Source of the DNA: Octopus vulgaris
Lineage: Eukaryota
Direction: 5' to 3'
Assembly (NCBI GenBank): GCA_951406725.2
Contig: OX597824.1
Location: 95,604,001 to 95,668,000 of the forward strand
DNA: 64,000 nucleotides
In this document: positions 26,581 to 38,133 of the stretch, piece after piece
How positions within the stretch are numbered: the stretch's first letter is position 1
Layout: every line of letters starts with the position of its first letter
Made by a program: the position numbers and the translations under genes
Notes under the pieces: model-generated
Told to the model about the DNA's origin: nothing
Seen by the model: the letters and a program-made list of their open reading frames with translations, nothing else
Database searches by the model: none

Positions 26581-26611
<31 letters not shown>

Positions 26612-29600
26612 CATTTGGGTATATGATTAGTAGTAGTATGCTGATTAAAGCACTTCCTACTGTTTAGGCTACCTAATGTCATCCACAGTTTTTGTGTAAG
26701 TGCCACTGGATCTATATCAGGAATTCCGCAGTGTTTGTTGAGTTTATAATGAATAAAGAAAATGGAGTTTGCAAGAATCTTTATTCAGCACAACGATCGT
26801 TTCAACCCATCTTGCATCTGTGCCTTGTGAGTGGGATGTTTTACAACTAGTTGTGTTGCATCTACCGGTGAATAATATCCCACCAGCAAGGCACAGATGC
26901 AGGACAGGTCAAAAAGATCATTGTGTTGAATAAATAGTCTTTCAAACTCAATTTTCCATTTCCCTCATCATCGTTTAACATCCGCTTTCCATGCTGGCAT
27001 GGGTTGGATGATTTGACTGAGGTCTGGTGAACCAGATGGTTACACCAGGCTCCAATCTTGATCTGGCAAAGTTTCTACAGCTGGATGCCCTTCCTAGCAC
27101 CAACCACTCCGAGAGTGTAGTGGATGCTTTTACATGCCACTGGCATGAGGGCCAGTCAGGCGGTACTGGCAACGGCCACGCTCAAATGGTGTTTTTTACA
27201 TGCCACCTGCACAGGAGCCAGTCCAGCGGCACTGGCAACAACCTCACTCGAATGTTTTTTAACCTGCCACTGGCACAAGTGCCAGTAAGGCGAAGCTGGT
27301 AACGATCACGCTTGGATATTTTTTCATGTGCCAGTAAGGCGAAGCTGGTAACGATCATGCTCAAATGGTGCTTTTTACGTTCCACTATACATATAAATTT
27401 GACATGGGTGATTCTTTCTTGTCTTGGGATTCATGGTCAAATGGATGGGTGGAATTGCATGAAAAATTACAGAGATGTGCAGAACGATTCAGTGGTGTTG
27501 CTGGGCTTTTTATTTTTTACATAGCTCCCATGGTTACCAAGATAATCTACTATAATAATACTCTTGTGAAGGGGTGGGAGATGAATAAGGAAGGAAGGAG
27601 TGATGTCATACTTGGTTGTGGGATGATGAAAATTGTACGCTGAAAAAATAAATCAAACAGCGTTTCAACTCTGTGTGAATATATGTGTATGTAAAAGAGG
27701 GGGTATGAGTGTGTGTGTGCATGTGCACGCGCAATGGAAGTGGGATGGTTCATCTTTGCCTAGTATTTGGGTTTTATTTTTTGATTTGGTTGAATCTTGG
27801 TTGTTTTTTTGTTGTTGTTGATCAGTTATTTTAGTGTTTTGACAGAAAAAAGTCATTCTAAAATTACTTTTTAATGTAAGCCTGCCCAAACAAGTCGAAT
27901 GCTTACACAGAGCAGGTTTTTACAGCCACATCATCCAAACCGACCAGGTGAAGCCGGACTTAGCTGCTAGTTCGTTATATATGCGAGTCTTCCTTTGTGT
28001 TTGTGACCCCACTACTGCTTGATAACCTGTGCTGGTTTGTTTATAACCACAATCCACAGTTGTACAGAAATGGTCTGAGCTGTGCACAGAGTAAATGTCG
28101 AGACCAGGGATCTCGAAAAGGGTTGATATTAACCCCTGGAGTGGGGGTCGATGGAACTATTCAAGGGGGTCGATAAATGCACATCTACTTAATTGTTATT
28201 ATTATTTATTTATTTTCTTGTACATGCCTGGGGCTCGAGAGAGGTCAAGGATTCCATGAAGGGGTCGATGATCTAAAAAGTTTGGGGACCCCTGGTCTAG
28301 ACCCATTACAATACTCTTCATATAATTAAGCACTGCATATTTAGAGTATGTTCTATGCTCCTTAATGAAGTGAAGGGTTGGTATATTTAGAAAAGTATAC
28401 CTGTGGGTTGCACCTGGTCAGGTGAGTGATTACCTGTGTACCTTAGATCTGCTGGTCTCAAACTACATAACCTTAAAATAATTTTCATATGGACAATATC
28501 TTCAATGTTGTATTTATGACAAACAGAAGTTTGGTGTAAAAAACTTAGTTTGGGAAATCTCAATGTAAATGATATAATTTGTTTGGTTCCACATTTCAGG
28601 TGAGATGTTTAGTTGACCATGGAGAATTCGAGACTCAAGATGGAAACATTGTAGTCTTAAAAAGAAATAATCAGGTGTGTATTATGTATTTATTTCTTAA
28701 TTTGTGTGACCTAATTAGGTTTAATAACACAACGAGGTTCATTTTGTTAACAATCCTTAATTGCTGTTTAACCTTTTAGCATTCAGATTAATCTCTCAAA
28801 TGTAATCCTTATTTATTCACAATGTTTTCAATCAGTCATGGCTTATCTCATAGCTTTGAGGTTTCAGTGATGCTATTGTTCATTTTTAGAATGTCATTGT
28901 AGGAAGGTGTGAGAGGCCGGATCTGGCCAGTTTTAACATAAAACTAACAGAATATCTAGGCCAGATATGGCCGGTTTGAATGCTGAAGGGTTAAAATATA
29001 TATAAGGGCTGTAAATAAGTGACTGTTTGATCTGGTCCAGTTCTTATGCAAACTATTTGTTATCATCAGGAGTGGCTGTGTGGTAAGTAGCTTGCTTACC
29101 AACCACATGGTTCCGGGTTCAGTCCCACTGCGTGGCACCTTGGGCAGGTGTCTTCTACTATAGCCTCGGGTCGACCAAAGCCTTGTGAGTGGATTTGGTA
29201 GAGGGAAACTGAAAGAAGTCCGTCGTATATATATATATAAATGTGTGTGTGTCTGTGTTCATCCCCTTCAACATTGCTTGACAACCGAAGCTGGTGTGTT
29301 TACGTCCCCGTAACTTAGCGGTTCAGCAAAATCGACCGATAGAATAAGTACTATGGTTACAAAGAATAAGTCCTGGGGTCGATTTGCTCGACTAAAAGGT
29401 GGTGCTCCAGCATGGCCACAGTCAAATGACTGAAACAAGTAAAAGAGTATCATTTAGCATCCCTTTTTCTATGTTGGCATAGGATGAGTGGTTTGACAGG
29501 AGTTGGTGAACCAAGGGACTGCACCTAACCCCTATTTCTGCTTTTGCACGCTTTCTGTGGCTGGATGCTCTTCCTGACACTAACCACTTTACAGTGTGTT

Positions 29601-31192
29601 CAGTGCTTTTCTTCCTGGCACCTACACCAGTGGGGTCTCCATACAGTTGTGTGTAGGGATGGAGAGTATTTCAGAGGGGGTGGTTTGACTTTTATGCTAG
29701 GTGTTGAGAGGCTAAAATATGTCAAGTGCGACAAGCACAGGTGGAAACAGCTAATTTGGGCCAATAACGAGTCTTTTACATTGCTGCTCAACCTGTGGGA
29801 CTCAGCATCAAATCTCCTTCAAATCACATCACACTGTCTTGAAAAACAAAGACATTTTGCAGTGTACCCTGAAATACACAATGTCTGAACATAAGGAGAG
29901 ATGGTCAAGGCTGGAATGTCTTTGATCATAGGTCAGCTTGATTGGTTGAGAGTGAGCTGGAGTTAAATAAACAACGGATGTTATTTCCACTGATGGTCGC
30001 ACTTTGTTGCGGTGCTAAGTTGAATTGTGAGAATGCATGGGATGAAATGAAAAATATATATCACAGACATTCTACACTCTCGGAGCGGTTGGCATTAGGA
30101 AGGGCATCCAGCTGTAGAAACTCTGCCAGATCAGACTGGTGCCTGGTGCAGCCATCTGGTTCACCAGTCCTCAGTCAAATCGTCCAACCCATGCTAGCAT
30201 GGAAAGCGGACGTTAAACAATGATGATGATGATGATGATGGTATATTCTGCTTGGTGGTTGGTGTTTGGAAGGACATCCAGCTGTAAAAATCCTGCCAAA
30301 ACAGTCGCAGAAGTCTGATGCAGGGTTCTGCCTGGTAAACTCCTGTCTAACCATTCTGCTCATGCCAGCATGGAAGGCAGACGTTAAACGATGATGATGA
30401 TACACACGTGTGTATATATGCACACATATAGAATGAGGTGATTGGGTGTAACTGTTGGACACTAATGATTGATTTGCTATGGCTGACTGGTCTTTCACCC
30501 TGTTTTGGTGATAGTATTTTTTGGCACTGAAAGCAATGATGCACAGACATGCACCTATCTGCAATGAGATGATTGGGCTCGGCTGTTTTGATGCTGACCA
30601 TTTGACACTGTTGACTGGGCACTCAACCTGTCTTGCCACTGGAGGCAAGCAGATACATGCACATGCTCATGCAGAAATAGATAGAGGAGATGAGAAAAAA
30701 GGCCTCTTCATCATTTAATGTCCGTCTTCCATGCTGGCATGGGTTGGACGGTTTGACAGGAACTGGCTAGGGAGAAGCCTACAGTTTATTAACTGAATGC
30801 GATTGACATAAACAGTTTTCCTCTCCTCAAACATGTAAAGAGAAATATGCCCAGAGAGAGAAAGAGACAGAGATAATACAATTTATTAATTGAACACATC
30901 ATAAACCTTTTTCCTCTGATACACACAGAGAAATATGTTCTCACTTGGGGAGAGAGAGGAAGGGAAGAAAGAATGAGAAAGACGTTAAAACATCTGATGT
31001 CAAATAAGTCAGCATTGGATCAGTGATGGCAGATAGGTGGTGCCAAAACAGCTGTGCCCAAACGTCCCATTCCTCTGCCTTCTTTCGATTGAATTAATAT
31101 TCATTTTCCTTTCTCTCTTTCAGCATTTCCTTTTACGGTCTGAATGTGAAAATCTCATCCGACAAGGCATCTTGGAGCATGTCACCAACTGA
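12355..31192 (+). CDS. GINS1: DNA replication complex GINS protein PSF1, complete, 7 exons, 195 aa
   Basis: Exons 12355-12429, 16101-16165, 20516-20611, 22394-22484, 25798-25914, 28600-28674 and 31124-31192 total 588 nt. Product: [13 protein letters not shown]...[20 protein letters not shown]...RWEFGSVLP...[26 protein letters not shown]...[23 protein letters not shown], collinear with recalled PSF1. Confidence 0.97.
13020..15483 (+). mobile_element. 5'-truncated, decayed non-LTR retrotransposon of the Tx1/L1 group (ORF2 reverse transcriptase plus C-terminal zinc-finger region) in GINS1 intron 1
   Basis: Motifs [35 protein letters not shown] (13823-13834), LSLKGRA and CPRC...ETV...C, broken by frameshifts and stops. 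ORF ends at 15164, followed by a pyrimidine-rich 3' UTR and AATAAA near 15472. Confidence 0.92.
15484..15920. repeat. (TCTA/TCTG/TCCA)n tetranucleotide microsatellite
   Basis: Read directly; about 435 bp, starting right after the LINE polyA signal. Confidence 0.97.
16101..16165 (+). CDS. GINS1: GINS1 exon 2 ([22 protein letters not shown])
   Basis: ctgtag|GAG...GT|gtaagt, 65 nt. Confidence 0.95.
16320..16544. mobile_element. piggyBac-like MITE, family 2
   Basis: TTAA|CCCTTTTAGCATT...AATGCTAAAGGG|TTAA. Related copies in the opposite orientation at ~24643-24937, 28772-28990 and 39305-39509. Confidence 0.85.
17009..19860 (+). mobile_element. Decayed Helitron with Rep and PIF1-type helicase remnants, in GINS1 intron 2
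   Basis: 5' end A|TCTATATATATATAAAA at 17009. Rep HUH motif [16 protein letters not shown] lies in 18277-18510. Helicase C-terminus [13 protein letters not shown]...[23 protein letters not shown]...[13 protein letters not shown]...RNIVYNDVL* lies in 19306-19777. The 3' end is not resolved. Confidence 0.85.
18518..18750. repeat. (GGT/GAT/GTC)n trinucleotide low-complexity repeat
   Basis: Read directly; source of the poly-His and poly-Val pseudo-ORFs. Confidence 0.95.
19864..20245 (-). mobile_element. Non-autonomous Helitron (382 bp)
   Basis: Minus strand A|TCTTTATATATAAAAGTGAGG...cccgagcgatactgCTAG|T. Inserted between A and T with no TSD; the subterminal hairpin looks shortened. Confidence 0.8.
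20516..20611 (+). CDS. GINS1: GINS1 exon 3 ([32 protein letters not shown])
   Basis: cctag|G...CT|gtaaat, 96 nt. Confidence 0.95.
22160..22323. mobile_element. Tc1/mariner-superfamily MITE
   Basis: 30-bp TIRs ccatattttaacgtgtataaggaacccctt / aaggggttccttatacaggttaaaatacag with TA flanks. Confidence 0.8.
22394..22484 (+). CDS. GINS1: GINS1 exon 4 ([30 protein letters not shown])
   Basis: ctgcag|G...GAG|gtaagt, 91 nt. Confidence 0.95.
23150..23665 (-). mobile_element. Probable 5' UTR and ORF start of an RTE-like LINE (fragment)
   Basis: GC-rich, non-coding-looking leader followed by decayed sequence resembling the start of an APE endonuclease. Classification is inference. Confidence 0.4.
25798..25914 (+). 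CDS. GINS1: GINS1 exon 5 ([15 protein letters not shown]...PPKSLYIE)
   Basis: tcccag|GTG...GAG|gtatgt, 117 nt. Confidence 0.96.
26758..26956. repeat. Imperfect ~200-bp palindrome
   Basis: The arm gaaaatggagtttg...tgcatctgtgccttg..gtgggat is mirrored by atcccac..caaggcacagatgca...caaactcaattttc. Confidence 0.75.
27546..27970 (+). mobile_element. Non-autonomous Helitron (425 bp)
   Basis: A|TCTACTATAATAATA at the 5' end; imperfect hairpin ccaggtgaagccgg and CTAG|T at the 3' end. Confidence 0.65.
28105..28294. mobile_element. hAT (Charlie-like) MITE
   Basis: TIRs CAGGGATCTC / GGGGACCCCTG. The 8-bp TSD gtcgagac / gtctagac fits the NTCTAGAN preference. Confidence 0.8.
28600..28674 (+). CDS. GINS1: GINS1 exon 6 ([25 protein letters not shown])
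   Basis: tttcag|GTG...CAG|gtgtgt, 75 nt. Confidence 0.96.
28772..28990. mobile_element. piggyBac-like MITE, family 2
   Basis: TTAA|CCTTTTAGCATTCA...TGAATGCTGAAGGG|TTAA. Confidence 0.85.
29067..29445 (+). mobile_element. tRNA-derived SINE with a CORE-like ccttgggcaggtgtc segment and an internal (TA)/(TG) tract
   Basis: Head tggctgtgtggtaag...gggttcagtccc. Copies at ~6058-6720, 18005-18140, 25400-25655(-), 32203-32520, 34860-35238(-) and 36880-37460(-). Confidence 0.85.
31124..31192 (+). CDS. GINS1: GINS1 exon 7 ([22 protein letters not shown])
   Basis: tttcag|CAT...TGA, 69 nt. Confidence 0.95.
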   Translation, partial: HFLLRSECENLIRQGILEHVTN

Positions 31193-34100
31193 AAGCCCTT
31201 CTTCAACCCCGTACGTCATTCTACTTCTTTCAAACCTTCTGTGAAAACCTGAGACCTAAAAACTGAAGATAGACTTTAAATGTGATGTATTAGTTCCAAA
31301 TACGTTACAATGCATCACAATCCTTTAATTCCCAGGACAAACATATATTGTATTAATGAAATAATTTCTTAATTAGAGAAAGAGATTGCCATCTTTTGAA
31401 TTTCATGTTTTTCTTAGGAAGTGCAGGAAATGAGGACAATTTTTTCCTTAACTTTTTTTTTGTTCTAGTTTCATCATTTCCCCGCATAAGGATGTAAGTT
31501 GGCAACATCATTAGCATGTTGGTGCAAATGCTTTACTGCATTTCTTCCGGTTTTGTCTTCTGGGTTCAAATCCCACCAAGTTCAGCTTTATCTTTCATCC
31601 TTTTCAGGATTGATAAAACAAGTTCCTGTCGAGCACAGGTGAGGTTGATACTATCTGCTTACCCCCTGCCTCCTCTAAAATTGCTGGCCTTGTGCCAAAA
31701 TTTGAAACTATTATTTCAATGCATGTATGGAATGGTTTTTGTAAATCTGATCTGCTGAATGTTGTTGGAATGGTTATTTCTGCAAAAGGAATATCTTGAT
31801 TACTGCTAAGTCAAACAACAGACAGGAACTGAACTTGGTCAGATTCGGTACTCAATCATGTACTTTCACAGGCTGAACTTAAAACGATGTATATTTGAGA
31901 AATCTTGAATCTTAATCTCAAGGTTGTTGTCTTTCATAAACATTTCAAAATCCTGATTTTCTGACTCAGTTTGTTTCTGAACATTGGTTGTTAATAAAAA
32001 CATCATTGTCATGTATTATACACCACCAACTCATTCCCGCCTCAGTACAACTCCTCCAGCTGCCTTGCCCACTCTCGTCCAAGCAGCTCTTGATATGGTC
32101 CATCCATCATATTCTTTCCCTCTCTCTTGGTTTACTGCCCTCTACTCTTCCTTCCATGAGAATGTTTTCCAAAATCTCTGCTTCTTCAAATTAAAAACGT
32201 GTGCGTTAAGAAGCTTGCTTACCAACCACATGGTTCCGGGTTCATTCCCACTGCATGGCACCTTGAGCAAGTGTCTTCTACTATAGCCTCGGACCAACCA
32301 AAGCCTTGTGAGTAAATTTGGTAAACTGAAAAAAGCCCGTCGTGTGTGTGTGTGTGTGTTTGGCCCCCTCCACCATCATTTGACAACCAGTGTTGGTGTG
32401 TTTTGAGACTGATAGAATAAGTCCCAGGTTTTGATAAAGGAAAAAGTCCTGGGGTCGATTCATTTGGTTAAGACTTCTTCAAAGTGGTGCCCCAGCATGA
32501 CCGCGGTCTCACGAATGAAAACAAAACATAAATGATAAAGACAGTCTTCTATGTATCACATTTACTGTACTTAATGGTATATTAGATGTAGCACATATTC
32601 ATAAAAAAAGGGTTTGTAGTGCATACAAGTTTATGGGAATCCCAACTTTGAATAGAGGACCTGAGGTGATTTTATTTTGACACAGTTTTTCAGAGGGGAA
32701 AAAGTGCATCTTATATGCCATCAAATTTGTTAACACTCGACAAGCGAGATGGTGTAGCTTTTGTCTTAGCTGAAGTCTTTCAACGTGTTAAAAACTGCAC
32801 AACATATTGGCGAGAGGTGAAAAATTGCTTCAGCAGTGGCTACTGAGAATGGCAGATGCACGACAGCCTTCTCGGGCCTTTGTCAATAACCTGTCCTTGC
32901 AGCTGTGTGCTTATAATTTCAATTATAGGAAACAGGGAATGATACATTCACTGATATTGAGAAAAGCTGCTGGGCTGAATAAATAAACCATAAAGAGCCT
33001 TCCCAACTCATAGGACCACTTTCTGTGATGTGTATAGTCACCACCTGGATGGGCTGCTAGTCTTTTTTTCCCAGCTGAGTGGACTCAAGCAGTGTCAAAT
33101 GAAGTGTTTTGCTCAAGAACACAATGTGTTGCCTAGCCCAGGAATTGAAATCACAATCTTACAATCATGAGTCCAACATTCTAACCACTAAGCCATGTGC
33201 CTCCACACAGAAATCCCCCACATATATACGGATGTGCATCTATATATATATCATCATCATCGTTTAACGTCCGCTTTCCATGCTGGCATGGGTTGGAGGG
33301 TTCGACCGGAGTCTGGGAAGCGAGAAGGCTGCACCAGGCCCAGTCTGATCTGGCAGTGTTTCTACAGCTGGATGCCCTTCCTAACGCCAACCACTCCGTG
33401 AGTGTAGTGGGTGCTTTTTATGTGCCACCAGCACAGGTGCCAGACGAGGCTGGCAAACGGCCACGATTGGATGGTACTTTTTATGTGCCACCAACACAGG
33501 GACCAGACGAAGCTGGCAACGGCCACGGTCAGATGGTGCTTTTTATGTGCCACTGGCATGGATGCCAGTCGGGCAGCGCTGGCTACGGCCATGTTCGGAT
33601 GGTTCTCTTACGTGCCACCGGCATTGGTATCACAGCTACAAATTCCATTCATGTTGACAGATTACGATTTATATATATATATATATATATATACACTCAC
33701 ACATACACATATGCGTGGGTGTGTAGCCACAACACAAATTTATTTTCTCTCCTTGTTTCTTTCTGTAGAAGAGTGTAGGCTCGAAACGTTAGGCTTTTTC
33801 AATTCCCAAGCGTTATACTAATACATCTGTTTGTTTTCTACACCACCTGTCTTCACCTTTTGTTTTTTTCGTGAACCCTTCCCCTATATATATATGTCAG
33901 TTAATTAGCTGAACTATAAATTTCTGCCTCTTTCATAACTTGATCCATTAATTTGATGCCTTCGTAGTTTCTCCTTTCTCTAACATTTAATACTCTGCTT
34001 ACGGCAATTGAGGACATTACCTCCATCTGCTACTTGAGTGATTATTGTGTGTTCTTATTTGCCAAATGGTTTCAATATCTTAACACTTGGAAGACAGGGA

Positions 34101-35934
34101 GCTGACAGAAACGTTAGCACACCAGGCAAAATGCTTAGCAGTATTTCGTCTGTCTTTATGTTCTGAGTTCAAATTCCGATGAGGTCGACTTTACCTTTCA
34201 TCCTTTCGGGGTTGATAAATGAAATACCAGGTGTATACTGGGGTTGATGTAATTGACTGGCCCCATCTCCCCAAATTTCAGGCCTTGTGCCTAAAGTAGA
34301 AAAGAATATTTATACGTGCAACAAGGTGGTGAGCTGGCAGACTCGTTAGCATGTCAGGTGAAATGTTTAGCTGTATTTCGTCTGCCACTATGTTCTAAGT
34401 TCAAAAATCGCCGAAGTCGACTTCACCTTTTGTCCTTTCAGGGTTGATAAATTAAGTACCAGTTGTGTACTGGGGTTAATCTAATCGACTACTGCCCCTC
34501 CCCACAAAATTTCGAGCCTTGTGCCTAGAGCAGAAAAAAAAAAAATCTTAACACCTATTTCTGATGAACCTTCATCGATAACTTTAACTGAGTTGTTCTT
34601 TTGCTTTTTACAAGCTGCATGGCAACTCTGCAGGTGCTGGTCTGTGGTTCTTACCTGGTTATCTTGTAGGAAGCCCTGAAGCCTCTGCCTCCTCCTCACT
34701 TACCACTTCTATGATAGAGATCTTTCAGCTCCTATATTTTCATTCTCCTGTTCGTCTTCTGTCTCTGAGCCTGTTTGGCTCTTGTCTTGGGGTCTTTAAT
34801 TAATCCATGTCAAGTGATGCAGCCTTCCCTGGGAGGAAAGACTTCACCATCAGTAATTTACTCTTTTACTTGTTTCAGTCATTTGAGTGTGGCCATGCTG
34901 GAGCACCGCCTTTAGTCAAGCAAATCGACCCCAGGACATGTTCTGTGTAAGCCTAGTACTTTTCCTATCGGTGTCTTTTGCCAAACCACTAAGTTACGGG
35001 GACGTAAACACACCAACATCGGTTGCCAAGTGATGTTGGGAGGGGACAAACACAGACACACACATACATATATACGACGGGCTTCTTCCAGTTTCTGTCT
35101 ACGAAATCCACTCACAAGGCTTTGGTCAGCCTGAGACTATAGTAAGAGACACTTGCCCAAGGTACCACGCAGTGGGACTGAACCTGGAACCATGTGGTTG
35201 GTAAGCAAGCTACTTACCACACACCCACTCCTATGCCTAAAAATTAACGTTCCCAGCATTGAGGACGAATGAAGCCAGCTCAGCCCACCCCAGCTGAATG
35301 CTGTCTCAAGTCAAGTCATGCCAGGAATCGAATCCAGGCCGCCTGGGTGAAAGCCAGGAATCCTAACCAAATTTATCCGATTTCTTGGTAAGTATGAAGT
35401 TTATTCGCAACTTTTGTTACAAATTTTCATTCTTTGTACCATTTCTGTCGCCTCCATATACACCTGTGTCACAGCACTAATGTTGTCCCATGTTTCTTTT
35501 ACAAAGGCTTTGATAACAAGGCTCGTATCAGGGTAATCTAAAAGAGGGCCTTGGAGGAACAATCCGTTTGGCCTAGGGCTAAACATAATATACACGTTTA
35601 ATAAGTAGACAAGGGCAGTAACTCTAGATAGCTTTTGGATCCACTATTCTATTATTTGTAATTTAACTGCGGCCATGCTGGAGTACCGACTTTTAGTCAA
35701 ACAAATCGACCCCAGGACTTATTCTTTGCATGCCTAGTACTTACTCTATAGGTCCCTTTTGCCGAACCGCTAAATTACGGGGATGCAGACACGCCACCAT
35801 CGGTTGTCAAGCGATGGTGGTGGTGGGGGACAAGCACACACACACATACACATCATCATCGTTTAACGTCTGTTTTCCGTGCTAGCACGGGTTGGACCAT
35901 AGGTATATGCATGTAAACTTAAAGAAGCCCGTCG

Positions 35935-35967
<33 letters not shown>

Positions 35968-35997
35968 ATGTATGTATATATATATATATATATATAT

Positions 35998-36150
35998 ATT
36001 TCTTTTCTGTGAATCTTTCTGTTGAAGAGCGTAGGCTCGAAACGTAAAAGACTTGTTTTATTTCTATTCCTGAGCGCCATACTAATACAATTGTTTGTTT
36101 GTACTCCACCTGCCTTCGTCTTTTGTTTATTTTCGTAAACCTTCCCGTTA
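35998..36150 (+). repeat. Short (TA)n-flanked interspersed repeat with a hammerhead-like motif, possibly Penelope-derived
   Basis: Homologous copies at ~33715-33885 and 10540-10657 share gaagagcgtaggctcgaaac...ctaataca...acctg.cttc..cttttgttt. Confidence 0.6.
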
Positions 36151-38098
36151 TATATATATACATATATGTGACGGGCTCCTTTCAGTTTCCGTCTACTAAA
36201 TCCACTCACAAGGCTTTGGTCGGCTTGAGGCTATAGTAGAAAACACTTGCCCAAGAAGCCATGCTGTGGGACTGAACTTGGACCCATGGGGTTGGTAAGC
36301 AAGCTACTTACCACACAGCTACAATATTACAGAATTTGTTTCTTTAAATGCTATCAACGAAGTCGTAGTAATTACTTTTTACAAGACAGATTGAGTGCAA
36401 TCAAAGAAAGAAATACTGTCTCAGGTAGTTCTTTATAGCTAATTAGTTTTTAATTTTTATCTGTACATCAACTTAGTTGCTAATATGTCCATTAAATTGA
36501 GGTTTTACTGTCAATCTATTTCCATGTTTAATTCCAACACCTCATTAGTTTCTCATATTTAATGACAAAAACCAAACATTGTACTGTCTGGCTGGCTCCT
36601 GTGCCGGTGGGACATAAAAAGCACCATTTGAGTGAGGTCAATGCCAGTACTGCCACTTATGCCGGTGGCACGTACAAAGCACTCACTACACTCTCGGAGT
36701 GGTTGGCATTGGGAAGGGCCTCCAGCTGTAGAAATCTTGCCAGATCAGATTGGAGCCTGGTGCAGCCTTCAGTCAAATCGTCCAACCCATGCCAACATGG
36801 AAAATGGACGTTAAACGATGACATTTTTTTTCATAAAATTTTCTACAAATAATTTTCAGATAGTGTACTCTTTTTTTTTACTCTTTTACTTGTTTCAGTT
36901 ATTTGATTGTGGCCATGCTGGAGCACCGACCTTACTTGAACAAATAGACCCCAGGACTTATTCTTTGTAAGCCTAGTACTTATTCTATCGGTCTCTTTTG
37001 CCGAACCGCTAAGTTACGGGGACGTAAACATACCAGCATCGGTTGTCAAGCGATGTTGGGGAGACAAACAGACACAAACATACACGCACACATATATATA
37101 TATACATATATACGACAGGCTTCTTTCAGTTTCTGTCCACCAAATCCACTCACAAGGCATTGGTCGGCCCGAGGCTATAGCAGAAGACACTTGCCCAAGG
37201 TGCGACAAAGTGGGACTGAACCCAGAACCATGAGGTTGGTAAGCAAGCTCCTTACCACACAGTCACTCCTGCACCTGTATATATATATATACACACACAC
37301 ACAACGGGCTTCTTTCAGTTTCCGTCTACCAAATCCACTCACAAGGCTTTGGTCGGCCCGCGGTTATAGTAGAAGATACTTGCCCAAGGTGTCACACAGT
37401 GGGACTTGAACCTGGAACCATGTGGTTGGTAACAAGCTACTTACCACACAGTCACTCCTACACCTCAGCTTTTTGTTTTGAGTTCAGATTCCACTGAGGT
37501 TGACTTTGCCTTTCATCCTTTTTGGGGACAATAAAGCAAGTATCAGTTAAGCCACAGGTGCAATGTAATTGATTGCGTCCCACCCCCACCCAGTGCCAAT
37601 AATACAAAGAATTTCTTTGAAAAATAACTACCTTCTCTAATGAGAAATTTTTAACGTGGAAATATCTTATAGTGAGCAATATCATAAAATTCCAAGAGAT
37701 ATTTTAAAGCTCTGTTAGATATATATCTATTACTTGTTTCAGTCAGACTGTGGCCATGCTGGGGCACTGCTATGAAGAAATGGACCTGAACAAACGGAAT
37801 CCATCGTACCAGGTTCCAAGTCAACAAGAGACAAGTAAAAAGCACCAACTGATCGTGGCCGTTGCCAGCCTCCCCTAACACCTGTGCCGGTGGCACGTAA
37901 AAGGCACCAACTGATCACGGCTGTTGCCAGCCTCCCCTGAACCTGTGCCAGTGGCACGTAAAAAGCACCCACTACACTCACGGAGTGATTGGCATTAGAA
38001 AGGGCATCCAGCTGTAGAAACACTGCCAGATCAGACTTCCCAGACCCCTGTCGAACTGTCCAACCCATGCTAGCATGGAAAACGGACGTTAAACGATG

Positions 38099-38133
<35 letters not shown>

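Noticed and set aside
27120-27385. Regularly spaced repeats resembling a CRISPR array
   Set aside because: The intervening sequences are homologous to each other, the array is internal to a SINE, the context is eukaryotic and there are no cas genes.
33197-33778. 193-aa ORF, the similar 205-aa ORF at 37739-38356, and many [14 protein letters not shown]-type ORFs
   Set aside because: Chance open frames through high-copy SINEs.
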